From an uncultured Methanosarcinales archaeon (GTDB lineage Archaea > Nanobdellota > Nanobdellia > Woesearchaeales > DATGWN01): a stretch of 36,467 bases of DNA. The notes beneath the pieces were generated by a model. It saw only the letters and a program-made list of their open reading frames with translations. It was not told where the DNA came from and ran no database searches. This document shows positions 16,601-25,421 of the stretch, piece after piece (position 1 is the stretch's first letter; the number at the start of each line of letters is the position of its first letter). The stretch lies in assembly GCA_964565095.1 (NCBI GenBank), contig CAZMDB010000003.1, positions 1-36,467 of the forward strand, written 5' to 3'. A program made the position numbers and the translations under genes.

Positions 16601-19600
16601 ATCGTTCGTTCACCTATGGCGGGAGTGCGTACATCTATGATGAGGAGCAGGGCTGCCATGTGATGGGAGATGATCCCTATTATCAGCTGGTAAAGCAGTC
16701 TGGATCGTTCATGGACAATTCCCATGTGCAGGATAATAGGGCAAATATAGGGGTCCATAAGTATGACAGTCAGACAGAGGAAATGTTCTCTGAGAGGGGG
16801 TTGACAAAATGTGTGCGCCTAGATGACCGTGGAGATCTGTATTATGTGCCTGTTGATGAGAGGACAGGCAATCCGGTGCAATTCGATGTGCAGCGGACTG
16901 ATAGGATGATGACGCGTTTGGCACCTCCTGACGGTCGCCAGACGGTAAGGGTGCAGCACGTAGGGTCTGTGGAAAGGAGCGATGATACCTATTATACATT
17001 TGTGGACCAGAACAACCGTCTGTACTCCGTGAAGGATGCCGATGGTCTAGGCGTGGAAGGTACACTCGATAAGCTTCAATCAGGCACCAATCTGGATGAT
17101 CCACCCCGGATGGCAGGATACCAGGGATACGAACATGTGATGAAGGGCAGGGATAGTTCCAAGCTAGCCTACAAGCCAGCAAGCGCGGTCGAGAATCTTG
17201 ATGAGAAGCAGCGTACAGCTCATGGTTATTCCAGGGTACGTGGTCCGGAAGCTTTACGGCAGGACAAGGTACCTGATGTGCTGATCGACAGCAAGTCAAG
17301 TTTTATCAATTCGGTGCGATGTGTCTGCCTTCCGGCAATATCAGGATATCTGCAGCAGATACGCAGCATCCTGTCGGCAATACGCAATTGTCTCCAGGGA
17401 GTGCTGCTCACCAAGTCATTCAAGTCAGGCATGTGCAAAGCTGTTCTGACGCAATATCTGTGCGATTGGATTTTCGAGGCTATCGGATGCTTTGTCAAAG
17501 CGGCAGGAATGAGCGATCCACAGATGAAGGGAGAGGCGCAACGAGGCAGCCTCTCTGAGTTGCAGAAAGTCTTCACTGCGGTGGGACGTGCAGGCAAGAG
17601 CGTGAATACCTATGCGGCCAACCGGTATGGAGAGACCGGGACATTCAATGCCTTGTTCACGCAGCGTAAGCTGATTCACGCCGTATGCCTGGCGGCTTTC
17701 GGGTACGACTGGATACCTGATCTGGAAGCGACGATCAACATGGGAAGCGAAGGATTCGCCCTCAATTCATCAGGAATGGTCTATCCTGCGACTCGTCGGT
17801 TCATGTCGGCCAACCCCATGCGGCAGGGAGAAGCGACGTTCGTGTATCATGTAGGGTATTTCCTTGCTGCAGGTGCCGACGTCAATTATCAGTTGGAGCT
17901 GATCTGCTCCCGCGACAACTCTTGCAATGCGGATGAAGGGTTTGAAGCTGGTCGCTGCGATTGTTCATGGGGAGCTGGGGTAGCTCCGCAGTATCCGCAG
18001 AATATCGCGTCAGATATGCAGACTCCGCAGAACAACGTATATGGATACGCTCCTACCGGGCCTGCAGGCGGAGGTAATCTCCTGGCTGGACGCAGCTACA
18101 TCCTTGATTCAGGATTCCTCAAGGCAGGTGAGAGCACTTCAGGAGAGGGCGAGGTCTATCGGAAGGTCATCGATACGGTCCGTTATGACAAGGCACGGCT
18201 GAGCTGGACACCCACTGCATCCGGCGGTGAACCAGGAGAGGCGATAATAGATATCCGCTCGGTAGGGGACAAACCGCCTTTGCAATGCCAGTTCAATATG
18301 CAGCTGCTGCAATTTGCCTGTCCGTTTGAGATACGGCAGGATGGCGAGGTCTTCTTTACTGAGCCTCCCTACATAAAGGACGAGAAAGGCATCTACGCTC
18401 AAGGGGACAAGATTGAAGTGGCTATACCGGTCAAAGTCATGTATCCGGATAATCTGCCGCGCGAAGAGAAGAATCTGAAATATGCCAAGCTTACGTTGAA
18501 GAATCAATATGACCAGGTCGTCAATACGCCTTTGATCACCAATCCATTCGATCTTCTCCAGTCAGGTACTGTCGTGCTCCCTGCCGGCAAGACGAAGCTG
18601 AGCATCGGCGGGTCTCAGGAACAGTATGTGGCAAGTGACCTGCGTTCGCTGTCTAAGATATCTCCTCTTCTTAAGGAGAGTGAACTGCAGAATATCTATG
18701 GAGGATTCGAGCGTGAGATGGCGTTGGACATTACGTTGAGCACACAGAATGATGAGGTTGTCTGCGATGCGCAACTCCAGGATCTGGAACGTAGGGAGAA
18801 TGAATGGCATATGGTTGGCAATACACGCAAGATCGGCTGCGAGTATAACCGGGGACGGGTGCGCCTGACAGATGCTACGGTTGTGGATGGCCGCATGGGT
18901 TTCTCTGTTAACTCCGCGTTCATCAAGAAACTGAAGGATGAGAAGATCGGAAATGGCATCTTTTTCTATCGAAAGAAACAGAATGGCAAGTCGGACATCG
19001 TATGTACGGATGAGGATAGCGAGTACGTGGAGTGGCATGCAGAGGTATCGCTCCATCACAGCGTGCCGAAGAACCCCCGGCGGGATTACGACTGGAATAA
19101 CCAGAGAATCTCAACCCAGGTCGCGGTACATAACGACAAAGAACAGCTTGAGCAGATCCCTATCCAGATCCCCTGTACCCCTACCGATGGCTCACAGGAA
19201 GGAGATTACTGTGAGTTCAACCGATTGCTCGGCAAGGACTGCGCCTGCGGTGACGCGCGATGCACCAGTAAAGTTGATGATGACATGCTGCTTCTGAATA
19301 CCTACTGCAGCGGGGAGAGCGTGACGTGCAAGGAAGTGGATCATGTGTCCGCAGAGGTATGCAGTGTCATCAACCAGGAGGGTAAATCCTCTCCTGGTGT
19401 GGTATCTGAGGTATGTTATTGTGATGCCAAGGGACTTAAGCGTGGAGAAGCAAAGAAGTCGCAGGGCATGGCAGTGTGCGATCCGGGTCAGGTATGCTGG
19501 AAGTATAAGGATGGCCGGTATGGATGCACAAGCAAGGAGAAGGAGGAGAAGAAATCTGAGCCCAAGAAGGACGTATTATCGAGTCCAGCTTCTGCTGAAG

Positions 19601-20184
19601 ATAATGTTGAGAAGGAGGATGCTGATGCATCAGATAAAAAATCTGTTGAAGAGCAAGCTCGATTTTTCCCGAAGATTGCAACGTATTATGGCGAGTGGAA
19701 TCATACAGAGGGAAATATGTATAAAAAGGGGGACGAAACAGCTACTTTTGATCCGGGACAAGATTCTCTATCAGTCATAAACGGAGATGATCAGACGGTG
19801 TATAGTGTGTATTTAGATAATGCCACGAATGTTGGTTATTTTAGGGTCAGCAATTCTCTCGGTTCAATAGATAATAAGTGTAATTGGGCAGAAGAAATCA
19901 GTGGAGACGATATTTACGGGAACCCGATAGGGATTTTTGCATATTGTCTGGAACAAATGCAGAATGGGGGTATCAAAGCGGCATATGGGGAGCAAAACGA
20001 AAGAGTCCTGGTAGTATTAAATAGCAAATATGAAAGCCAGAAGTATGAAATTGAATTGGTTGGAGTAGATGATGTTCTATTTTCACAACATGATGACATC
20101 TTTGTGGTTGATCCAAATAACGTTGTCGATGTGTCTATCCAATCGATGGAGTTGGAAAGCTATTTTGCGGCTGAAGCTACATGA
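13663..20184 (+). CDS. Giant (about 2170 aa) secreted Cys-rich protein: FN3-like and Ig-like domains, Asp-rich Ca-binding-like repeats, Cys-rich core
   Basis: Signal peptide ending AVQA; FN3-like AVITWQTD...ITGLEPKKRYEYQV; Ig-like LNDGRNLIKMFATDAAGN; three CxDGxDNDxDGxxD repeats. Start 13663 or 13669 (ATGA overlap with the upstream stop). Confidence 0.85.
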   Translation: MEMTMTRREGLKRAVKADGLVWPQVFSCLVIVLLLGMTPAVQAISVRSVQAVPRAREAVITWQTDVLGNSFVNYTDGNTSQILKDMSYTDDHSISITGLEPKKRYEYQVVSVGLDVPEKAKSDWLSFTTTPELSQELFFNADIPAYTNGQPVTIEGTTNKEAHVIVYVDGLPAATEYADTNGSISVRNVRMARGRNVSHVMIEVQHPATDNILQKNYTLRLDRKAPTIHINPIQTTSTTGTVQIEGSVSEYVRIEIFTKNDDDEVEDQFNQEVNDTFSASLHLNDGRNLIKMFATDAAGNEVSLTRTVFVDTEPPTILKHNIHDLDPAYSPSVTIEGQVSEPNIPVRIYVNPDDTKNGIHVCSDGLDNDGDGLTDYLHDPGCESPDDVSEIDLGLNTACSDGKDNDNDGRIDFLDDPGCDSESDNSEEDYNATVTECNDGVDNDMDGKVDYLEDEGCSSLKDQSEDSENENVDYYETYADEEGHFSKDVTLSHALSLRNLKLSESVEVLRDKDVAGMDDYQKSDGEWAGEAAYDTAGAPGDEDSARNLIRIVAIDKVGQRDTVEGEIRYATCGKGGEWNIVMGEVYPGIIQPDLLFEGAAQITFTLDLQYFGTGEEAYVSAVSMSSRDLSVADNKDFAPSQVLNPSSGCRIYPEGRVDNKAYVVCNLNKYPPERLRDENEAYEKLEDMESFVFPLKLQLDYEYVNAYGERKSKFQENCFDIELFIDRRLPPDKIPEGLLEGSVNALNKTIDAIDTVLKPLRTITLATAGACLATHLGLFFQTASLEYACLGMQQNELPALEQALRGAEDGEEDTAIATVCEKGGKDGDDQNPLGTTCNGCAEAVKQVIKLQKFYAGVCDRIMCPSTPTAQKYIEDINRNDASARTSACDTVGGQRNPYIQTAQHAIETNDEFTKEKGCGKEYYDQWSTSCLAYSVGGDNIVEASKNLGRDENESKRFGLQGMLNRLNNLDFCKVAEDKNNRSFTYGGSAYIYDEEQGCHVMGDDPYYQLVKQSGSFMDNSHVQDNRANIGVHKYDSQTEEMFSERGLTKCVRLDDRGDLYYVPVDERTGNPVQFDVQRTDRMMTRLAPPDGRQTVRVQHVGSVERSDDTYYTFVDQNNRLYSVKDADGLGVEGTLDKLQSGTNLDDPPRMAGYQGYEHVMKGRDSSKLAYKPASAVENLDEKQRTAHGYSRVRGPEALRQDKVPDVLIDSKSSFINSVRCVCLPAISGYLQQIRSILSAIRNCLQGVLLTKSFKSGMCKAVLTQYLCDWIFEAIGCFVKAAGMSDPQMKGEAQRGSLSELQKVFTAVGRAGKSVNTYAANRYGETGTFNALFTQRKLIHAVCLAAFGYDWIPDLEATINMGSEGFALNSSGMVYPATRRFMSANPMRQGEATFVYHVGYFLAAGADVNYQLELICSRDNSCNADEGFEAGRCDCSWGAGVAPQYPQNIASDMQTPQNNVYGYAPTGPAGGGNLLAGRSYILDSGFLKAGESTSGEGEVYRKVIDTVRYDKARLSWTPTASGGEPGEAIIDIRSVGDKPPLQCQFNMQLLQFACPFEIRQDGEVFFTEPPYIKDEKGIYAQGDKIEVAIPVKVMYPDNLPREEKNLKYAKLTLKNQYDQVVNTPLITNPFDLLQSGTVVLPAGKTKLSIGGSQEQYVASDLRSLSKISPLLKESELQNIYGGFEREMALDITLSTQNDEVVCDAQLQDLERRENEWHMVGNTRKIGCEYNRGRVRLTDATVVDGRMGFSVNSAFIKKLKDEKIGNGIFFYRKKQNGKSDIVCTDEDSEYVEWHAEVSLHHSVPKNPRRDYDWNNQRISTQVAVHNDKEQLEQIPIQIPCTPTDGSQEGDYCEFNRLLGKDCACGDARCTSKVDDDMLLLNTYCSGESVTCKEVDHVSAEVCSVINQEGKSSPGVVSEVCYCDAKGLKRGEAKKSQGMAVCDPGQVCWKYKDGRYGCTSKEKEEKKSEPKKDVLSSPASAEDNVEKEDADASDKKSVEEQARFFPKIATYYGEWNHTEGNMYKKGDETATFDPGQDSLSVINGDDQTVYSVYLDNATNVGYFRVSNSLGSIDNKCNWAEEISGDDIYGNPIGIFAYCLEQMQNGGIKAAYGEQNERVLVVLNSKYESQKYEIELVGVDDVLFSQHDDIFVVDPNNVVDVSIQSMELESYFAAEAT
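14746..15057 (+). repeat. Three intragenic C-x-D-G-x-D-N-D-x-D-G-x-x-D-x4-G-C repeats
   Basis: CSDGLDNDGDGLTDYLHDPGC, CSDGKDNDNDGRIDFLDDPGC, CNDGVDNDMDGKVDYLEDEGC. Confidence 0.9.
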
Positions 20185-20900
20185 AAACCATCATCATTTC
20201 CACGCTGTTGTCGTTTCTCGGGTTGTCGTTGTTTGTCCTCCTATTCACATTCTTTCTCCTGCCATCCCTTCAGACAGAACTTATTGCAGCTAGCCAGAGC
20301 ATCGCGCAGAACACTGTGGAATTGCAGGAGGCTGATCAGATGGCAGATGCTTTGGCAGGTCAGTCGCTTGCAGAGCACTACGGACGTATCATGCGTATCA
20401 TCGCGTTGTCTGCGGCACTTGCAGCGATTATCCAGGGGTTGTTTGGAAGCTATTCATGGTATCATGCCACAGGCACCTCCCTGCCGGTCAAAGAATTCCT
20501 GTTGCGATATGCAATCTGGGCAATGATATGGTTCGGTGTTGTGTTCGGACTTTTTGTCCTCTCGCTGAGCCTGCTTGCGTATCGTGATCTCGCACTACTG
20601 CCGGAAGTGTGGAATGGGATACTTCTGATCATGCTCTTTGTGGCCTCGTATGTCCTGGGATATCTTTGGGTCCATACCTTATGGGCTGTCAGCAGCAGGC
20701 GTCCTTCGATCTTTTGTTGGCACATCTTGGTGGGCCGCTACAGCATTTTCTTTGTGGCATGCGCAGTCCTGGTGGGCATTGTCTTCCTGGTCCCTGTGGT
20801 CTGGCTGCAGCTGCTGGCATTTCTGGGAGTGGTGATCGTCTTTAATGCCGGCAAATTCCTGTGCAATGCTGGTCCGGCGCGTAGCTGCAAAAAGGTTTAA
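20181..20900 (+). CDS. Polytopic membrane protein, hypothetical
   Basis: About 6 hydrophobic segments; ATGA overlap with the stop of the giant gene. Confidence 0.75.
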   Translation: MKTIIISTLLSFLGLSLFVLLFTFFLLPSLQTELIAASQSIAQNTVELQEADQMADALAGQSLAEHYGRIMRIIALSAALAAIIQGLFGSYSWYHATGTSLPVKEFLLRYAIWAMIWFGVVFGLFVLSLSLLAYRDLALLPEVWNGILLIMLFVASYVLGYLWVHTLWAVSSRRPSIFCWHILVGRYSIFFVACAVLVGIVFLVPVVWLQLLAFLGVVIVFNAGKFLCNAGPARSCKKV

Positions 20901-20925
20901 ATAGTACTACACTTCAGTAATCCCT

Positions 20926-21708
20926 ATGGCCAAAGAGAAGGATGATAAGCCCAAGACGTTAGGGGACCTTTTGCAGAAGATTGCAGGCGCAAAGAAGTCT
21001 GAGGTTGGCGATGCGTTCAAGAATTATGACACATTCTCTGACAAGATAATTCCTGATTTTGTAGAGGATAGTCTGGTCCCTATGCATCATGATATCTACC
21101 AGACTGCCAAAGGTCACATTGATGAGGTAGGGCGAGATACGAAGATAGCAGATCATGGCGAAGATAAGCATATTGAACTGGTCAATAAGATCATCCTTTC
21201 TTATCTTGACAAGCATACAGGCGGAGATTTCCCTAAAGACTCTCTGAAGAAGGATCCCAAGAAGCGGCGCAAGCAGCTTGAAGCCGCCTACAAGCATCAC
21301 ATGGGTGGCGATGTAGAACGGCTTTTCGATCCCCGTCAGGGACAGCAGTCCTTATTGGATCTGTATGAAATCGACAGGTCTGATCCGACGAAAACATATC
21401 GGGATATGCTGGTCGATGTGCGTGCGTCTCTGCAGCAGCATGTGGATCTGCATGGGCAGAGGATGCGTAGTGCTGCAATCCAGCACTTTTTCACCGAGCA
21501 CCATCAGAGCCGCAATATGGCAAAGTATCTGCAGCCGAAAGTGGAAGAGAAGTATGTGGTGGATGATGAGGTCATGTTCAAGCATCTCGGTCTTTCTGAT
21601 CACATAGGTATCTACGAGAGCCTCAAGAATCAGAGTCCTCTTTCCCGTGAGGGCATGCATAAGTATGGCCTGAAGCCCATGAAAAAGGAAAAGAAGAAAA
21701 AGTCCTGA
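20926..21708 (+). CDS. Hypothetical soluble charged protein
   Basis: 260-aa ORF with its own TTTAAATA box about 25 nt upstream; no motif recognised. Confidence 0.7.
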   Translation: MAKEKDDKPKTLGDLLQKIAGAKKSEVGDAFKNYDTFSDKIIPDFVEDSLVPMHHDIYQTAKGHIDEVGRDTKIADHGEDKHIELVNKIILSYLDKHTGGDFPKDSLKKDPKKRRKQLEAAYKHHMGGDVERLFDPRQGQQSLLDLYEIDRSDPTKTYRDMLVDVRASLQQHVDLHGQRMRSAAIQHFFTEHHQSRNMAKYLQPKVEEKYVVDDEVMFKHLGLSDHIGIYESLKNQSPLSREGMHKYGLKPMKKEKKKKS

Positions 21709-21713
21709 GACGA

Positions 21714-21914
21714 TTACCTGATTGCCTGACGGACTTGCCGCAGGTGGCGCTCGAAAGTTTTGGGACCATAGCGGGCAGCACGGGCAAGGATGCGTTGCAT
21801 GAGCGTGGCTGCTTCTTCGTATTGGTTCTTCCTGATGCAGCGAGTCATACGCGCATAGAGTTGCTGGAAACTTGGTTCAGAGAGCCTGCCCGAGTATCTC
21901 AAGGTATTCTTCAT
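21714..21914 (-). CDS. Possible small basic helical protein
   Basis: MKNTLRYSG...YEEAATLMQRILARAARYGPKTFERHLRQVRQAIR fills the gap downstream of the Lrp gene but overlaps its 3' end; start uncertain. Confidence 0.35.
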   Translation of the reverse strand: MKNTLRYSGRLSEPSFQQLYARMTRCIRKNQYEEAATLMQRILARAARYGPKTFERHLRQVRQAIR

Positions 21915-22344
21915 TTGCCAGAAAATCCTCCTGTTTGATATCCTCGATGACAAAGAAATCCTGACGATCCTGGATGCTGAATGCATCAATGCTCTCGCAG
22001 AAAATCTGGTATTCCCGAAGATCCTTGAATATCCCTTCGAGCATGATATCATATCCATTGGCGATCTTGTAGAGGGAATTTACCCGATGATGTTTTTCGA
22101 GATGGTGCATGATCGAATCCTTCCGTTCTGGCAGGACCTTGATGATCATGAGTACTTTGAGGGAGAATCCGAGCGCTGAAAAATTCAATAGTGTCGTGTG
22201 CTTTTTTATCAGCGAACCCTCGTATTTCTTGAGACGGTCGTACAAGGTCGATACCGGGATGCCTGTACGTCGCGATGCTTTTGTCAGATTCTCTCTTGCG
22301 TTGCGCCTGAATTGGCTCATGATTAATAGTTCCTTTTGTTCCAT
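21877..22344 (-). CDS. Lrp/AsnC family transcriptional regulator
   Basis: RRNARENLTKASRRTGIPVSTLYDRLKK HTH, LLNFSALGF linker, and a RAM domain with LYKIANGYDIMLE. SD-like GGTGGGGG upstream. Confidence 0.92.
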   Translation of the reverse strand: MEQKELLIMSQFRRNARENLTKASRRTGIPVSTLYDRLKKYEGSLIKKHTTLLNFSALGFSLKVLMIIKVLPERKDSIMHHLEKHHRVNSLYKIANGYDIMLEGIFKDLREYQIFCESIDAFSIQDRQDFFVIEDIKQEDFLANEEYLEILGQAL

Positions 22345-22427
22345 TGCTTCTGCCCCCACCAATAAAATCTATAGTTTCAGTAGGTCTGCAGCGATATTAA
22401 CTTTCTGGGACAAAAAAGCCTGTCAGG

Positions 22428-22445
22428 TTCAGCAGTACTCTGAAT
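22428..22445. promoter_or_regulatory. Palindromic operator TTCAG-CAGTACT-CTGAA(T), copy 1
   Basis: Lies in the divergent Lrp / wHTH-TS intergenic region, abutting TTTATAAG (22448-22455); 16/18 identical to 30841-30858. Confidence 0.6.
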
Positions 22446-22520
22446 CATTTATAAGTAAGATACCAAAAAGGGCATTTTACTGAAGCTAACTTTTTAAATC
22501 ATGAGTGTGTTTCAGTAGTC

Positions 22521-24059
22521 ATGCATCGTTTGCGCGCTGACATACTGTCCCTGTTCCGTTCCAGTGGAGCAGTTTTGTCCACCACCGAGATTGTAGAACG
22601 CCTTTTCTCAGAACAAATTTCAGATCAGGCGGTCAAGGCGAAATTGCACAGGCGGGTGCTCCATCACATCCACCGGCTCATGGATGAGCGTGTTCTGTCG
22701 GTCGAGCAGGTGGGGGCGAAGGGACAAAAATTTTTCTCATTGACACATCCGGTCCAGGGACGACGCACAGCGGTCCAGGAATGGACCCCCGCGCTGCCGA
22801 TCGAACGTTACATGGACAAGGATATCCTGTTCAAGTATGAACCCGACACATGGATCACCCGCATGAACGCCATCTTGCTGGAGGCAAGCAAGTACGATGA
22901 TCTGCGACGGTTCCGTGATGAATTGCTGATACTCTTCGATGTGGTCAATGATGTGGTTCTGGTCAATGATTTCGAGTATCTGGTAGAACGCTACTCGGTC
23001 GAGGAGTTGTTGGAAGTCTTCATCGCTTTGGAACGGGAATGCCGTGATTACAACAAGCGTATCTGTCTGATAATCGACCTGACCAATGTGGAGCATGACG
23101 AAGGGATGGTGCGCTTCTTCCAGGCATTCCTGCCGCTGGATTCGAAGGGTTTCACAGTGATTTTTGATGTGACTCCCAAGGAACTGATGCAGCATACAGC
23201 CCTGTTCGAGAAACTTGTCGGGCTATTTTCACGGTATCGTCTCAAGTTCAATATCAAGAACGACGATCTGCATGCTGCGCCTTTTGGCGTCGGACGGGCG
23301 GGCCCATATACATTTGATCAGGAGGAATGGCGTTCCTATGTGGAGCATCTCTTCCCCGGACCCGGCAGATGCGTGGGCATGGTCCAGTCGAGCGTTATTG
23401 TTGATGTCAAGCAATTCTTCGACGAATTCACCCAGGCTTCCTTGTTCAGCGAGATGATGCAGCAGATCGCCAAATCGCTATTCATGGTCAATTCTTTGCA
23501 ACGCAGGCATACGACTGAATACTTTCAATCCTTATACGACAATGACCTGCATCATAATCTATTGTCTCTGAGCAAGATGGCTGTACGTTTCTGGAATTAT
23601 GAGTTTGAGCATCCTTACATTGATCGTGACGGGGTACTTGAGCTCATCTCATCGATGAAAGAAAAGATGAAGGAATTCTGTTCGATGGAACGCACCATCT
23701 ATCTTTCCTGCGGTATGCCGCGACGTTTCTCGATGGGATTCTCCTGCGCGTATCGCCGCGTCAGCACAGGAAGTCTGCTGGTCGAGTCGTTCCAGAAGAC
23801 ATACCTGCGATCGATGAACGAGATATATTCGAAAAAACTGCATGATACGATGCTGTTCCGTGAGCAATTAGGTGATCTGTTTTCGCTTGGAGATGAGGTC
23901 CGGTTCCAGCGAAAGGGCGTGACTGACCCCCAGAATGTGGTCAGGGAGTTCCAGGCCCTCCTGCATACCTTCAGGTTTCCGTTCTTCTGTTATAATTTCT
24001 CCGAGCCATCAGAGGCTACGGTGACGCTGAATCATTTTCTAGATGGGGGGAGTATATGA
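22521..24059 (+). CDS. Hypothetical protein: N-terminal winged-HTH plus DUF835-like (degenerate RecA/KaiC-fold) region
   Basis: ILSLFRSSGAVLSTTEIVERL..LHRRVLHHIHRLMDERVLSVEQVGAKGQKFFSL resembles a wHTH. DVVLVNDFEYLVE..RICLIID resembles a Walker-B/DUF835-type strand; no Walker A seen. The domain call is tentative. Confidence 0.65.
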   Translation: MHRLRADILSLFRSSGAVLSTTEIVERLFSEQISDQAVKAKLHRRVLHHIHRLMDERVLSVEQVGAKGQKFFSLTHPVQGRRTAVQEWTPALPIERYMDKDILFKYEPDTWITRMNAILLEASKYDDLRRFRDELLILFDVVNDVVLVNDFEYLVERYSVEELLEVFIALERECRDYNKRICLIIDLTNVEHDEGMVRFFQAFLPLDSKGFTVIFDVTPKELMQHTALFEKLVGLFSRYRLKFNIKNDDLHAAPFGVGRAGPYTFDQEEWRSYVEHLFPGPGRCVGMVQSSVIVDVKQFFDEFTQASLFSEMMQQIAKSLFMVNSLQRRHTTEYFQSLYDNDLHHNLLSLSKMAVRFWNYEFEHPYIDRDGVLELISSMKEKMKEFCSMERTIYLSCGMPRRFSMGFSCAYRRVSTGSLLVESFQKTYLRSMNEIYSKKLHDTMLFREQLGDLFSLGDEVRFQRKGVTDPQNVVREFQALLHTFRFPFFCYNFSEPSEATVTLNHFLDGGSI

Positions 24060-24700
24060 TACAGGCAAACACTGCCAAGGAGGCGTGGGCGATGGCCCTG
24101 CAGCATATCCGATCAGAGGGACTGCGATATCTTGATGTGCGTAAACGCACCTGCATAGAGGTACTCAACCTTGCGGTGCAGGTAGAGGCTCCAGAGGATC
24201 ATATCACTGCTCCGATCGAGATTCTTCAGGGTATCAAGGAATGGAGTTACCCTTCGCTGACTGAGATAGCAGAGGTCATGCTTTCAAAGAACAAGAATTA
24301 TTCGTACGGGTATTCCTATGGGACGCGGATATTCGATCATGAAGGAATCGATCAGGTCAATGATTATCTGATCCCGCTGTTGAAGAAGGATCCGATGTCA
24401 CGTCGGGCGGTGCTTACGCTCTTCGATCCACATAAGGATGCATCCCCCTATGCCTCAGATGTTCCGGGAATGGTCTCGATTGATCTGAAGATACGGAAAA
24501 AATGCTTGCACATGACTGCATGTATCCGTTCCAATGACATGTTCATCGGCTGGCCTGCAAATATCTACCAGCTATTCGTACTGCAAGAATACATCGCAAG
24601 CCGCCTGGAATGTGGGCAGGGTCCCATCACCACAATCTCTATGAGCGCTCACATCTTCAAGGATCATCTTCCCTTTATCGCGCAGATAATCAAAGGATGA
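24056..24700 (+). CDS. Thymidylate synthase-fold protein lacking the catalytic cysteine
   Basis: YSYGTRI, DQV, SRRAV, RSND, WPAN and SAHIF are archaeal ThyA-type motifs, but the PC motif reads DVPGM. ATGA overlap with the upstream gene. Confidence 0.88.
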   Translation: MIQANTAKEAWAMALQHIRSEGLRYLDVRKRTCIEVLNLAVQVEAPEDHITAPIEILQGIKEWSYPSLTEIAEVMLSKNKNYSYGYSYGTRIFDHEGIDQVNDYLIPLLKKDPMSRRAVLTLFDPHKDASPYASDVPGMVSIDLKIRKKCLHMTACIRSNDMFIGWPANIYQLFVLQEYIASRLECGQGPITTISMSAHIFKDHLPFIAQIIKG

Positions 24701-25309
24701 TTATTCTCCATACTTCTTAGGGTTCCATCTGCCCGGGGCGTACGAGGAGGAGTCGGTAGCATGTCCGGGATCTGCAGGGCGCCTTCCCGCTTCCAGGAAT
24801 TGCTCGTGATTATCTGCCACGACCGTCGGAGATATGTTCGGCATGCTATTTAAAGCTGCTGCCTGGTAGCTTTCAAGCTGCGGACGCAGATGAGAAAGGA
24901 TTGTACCAAGATTCTCTTTGACCAGGGTTGTATCATAGATATTCATGCGTCCGTGGAATCCTTTCTTTGATCGGAGAAGGGAACGTAGTGAGGTCTCTAC
25001 CCTGAGCAGATGCACAGCATCCGGCTCTGGCTCGTCGAGAGCAGAAAGACAGGCGTCCGGGTCCAGAAGATACTGGGCAGATGAATTGTGCATCGGCACG
25101 ACCCCGCAATGATCCAGCATGTGTTGGTCGGTCACGACAACATGTGGGGTGCCTTTGTGCGCATAGGTCCAAATACCTTCTGGTCTGGACATGAGGTTCC
25201 GATAGGCAGTTTGTGCTGATCTGGCAGGACGGACCAGAGATAGGAGTATCTGTACGCCGTCGGTCGCGATGGGGCTATCATCATATTGTTGGAGTTTTTT
25301 CTGGGACAT
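24701..25309 (-). CDS. Hypothetical protein
   Basis: 202-aa ORF filling the gap, with an AT-rich TATA-like upstream region; no motif recognised. Confidence 0.6.
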   Translation of the reverse strand: MSQKKLQQYDDSPIATDGVQILLSLVRPARSAQTAYRNLMSRPEGIWTYAHKGTPHVVVTDQHMLDHCGVVPMHNSSAQYLLDPDACLSALDEPEPDAVHLLRVETSLRSLLRSKKGFHGRMNIYDTTLVKENLGTILSHLRPQLESYQAAALNSMPNISPTVVADNHEQFLEAGRRPADPGHATDSSSYAPGRWNPKKYGE

Positions 25310-25421
25310 TGAAGAAAGGGAATACCTATGGTTTTATATATCTTGTGATTTATTCGTCACGTAAAGGTAGTGTCTCTGTCCTAGGGTTATTTTTTTAAAG
25401 AAGTATGCGTTCAGGCGGGGG

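Noticed and set aside
19530-20184. Possible diversity-generating retroelement variable region
   Set aside because: I saw no template repeat or reverse transcriptase in the window.
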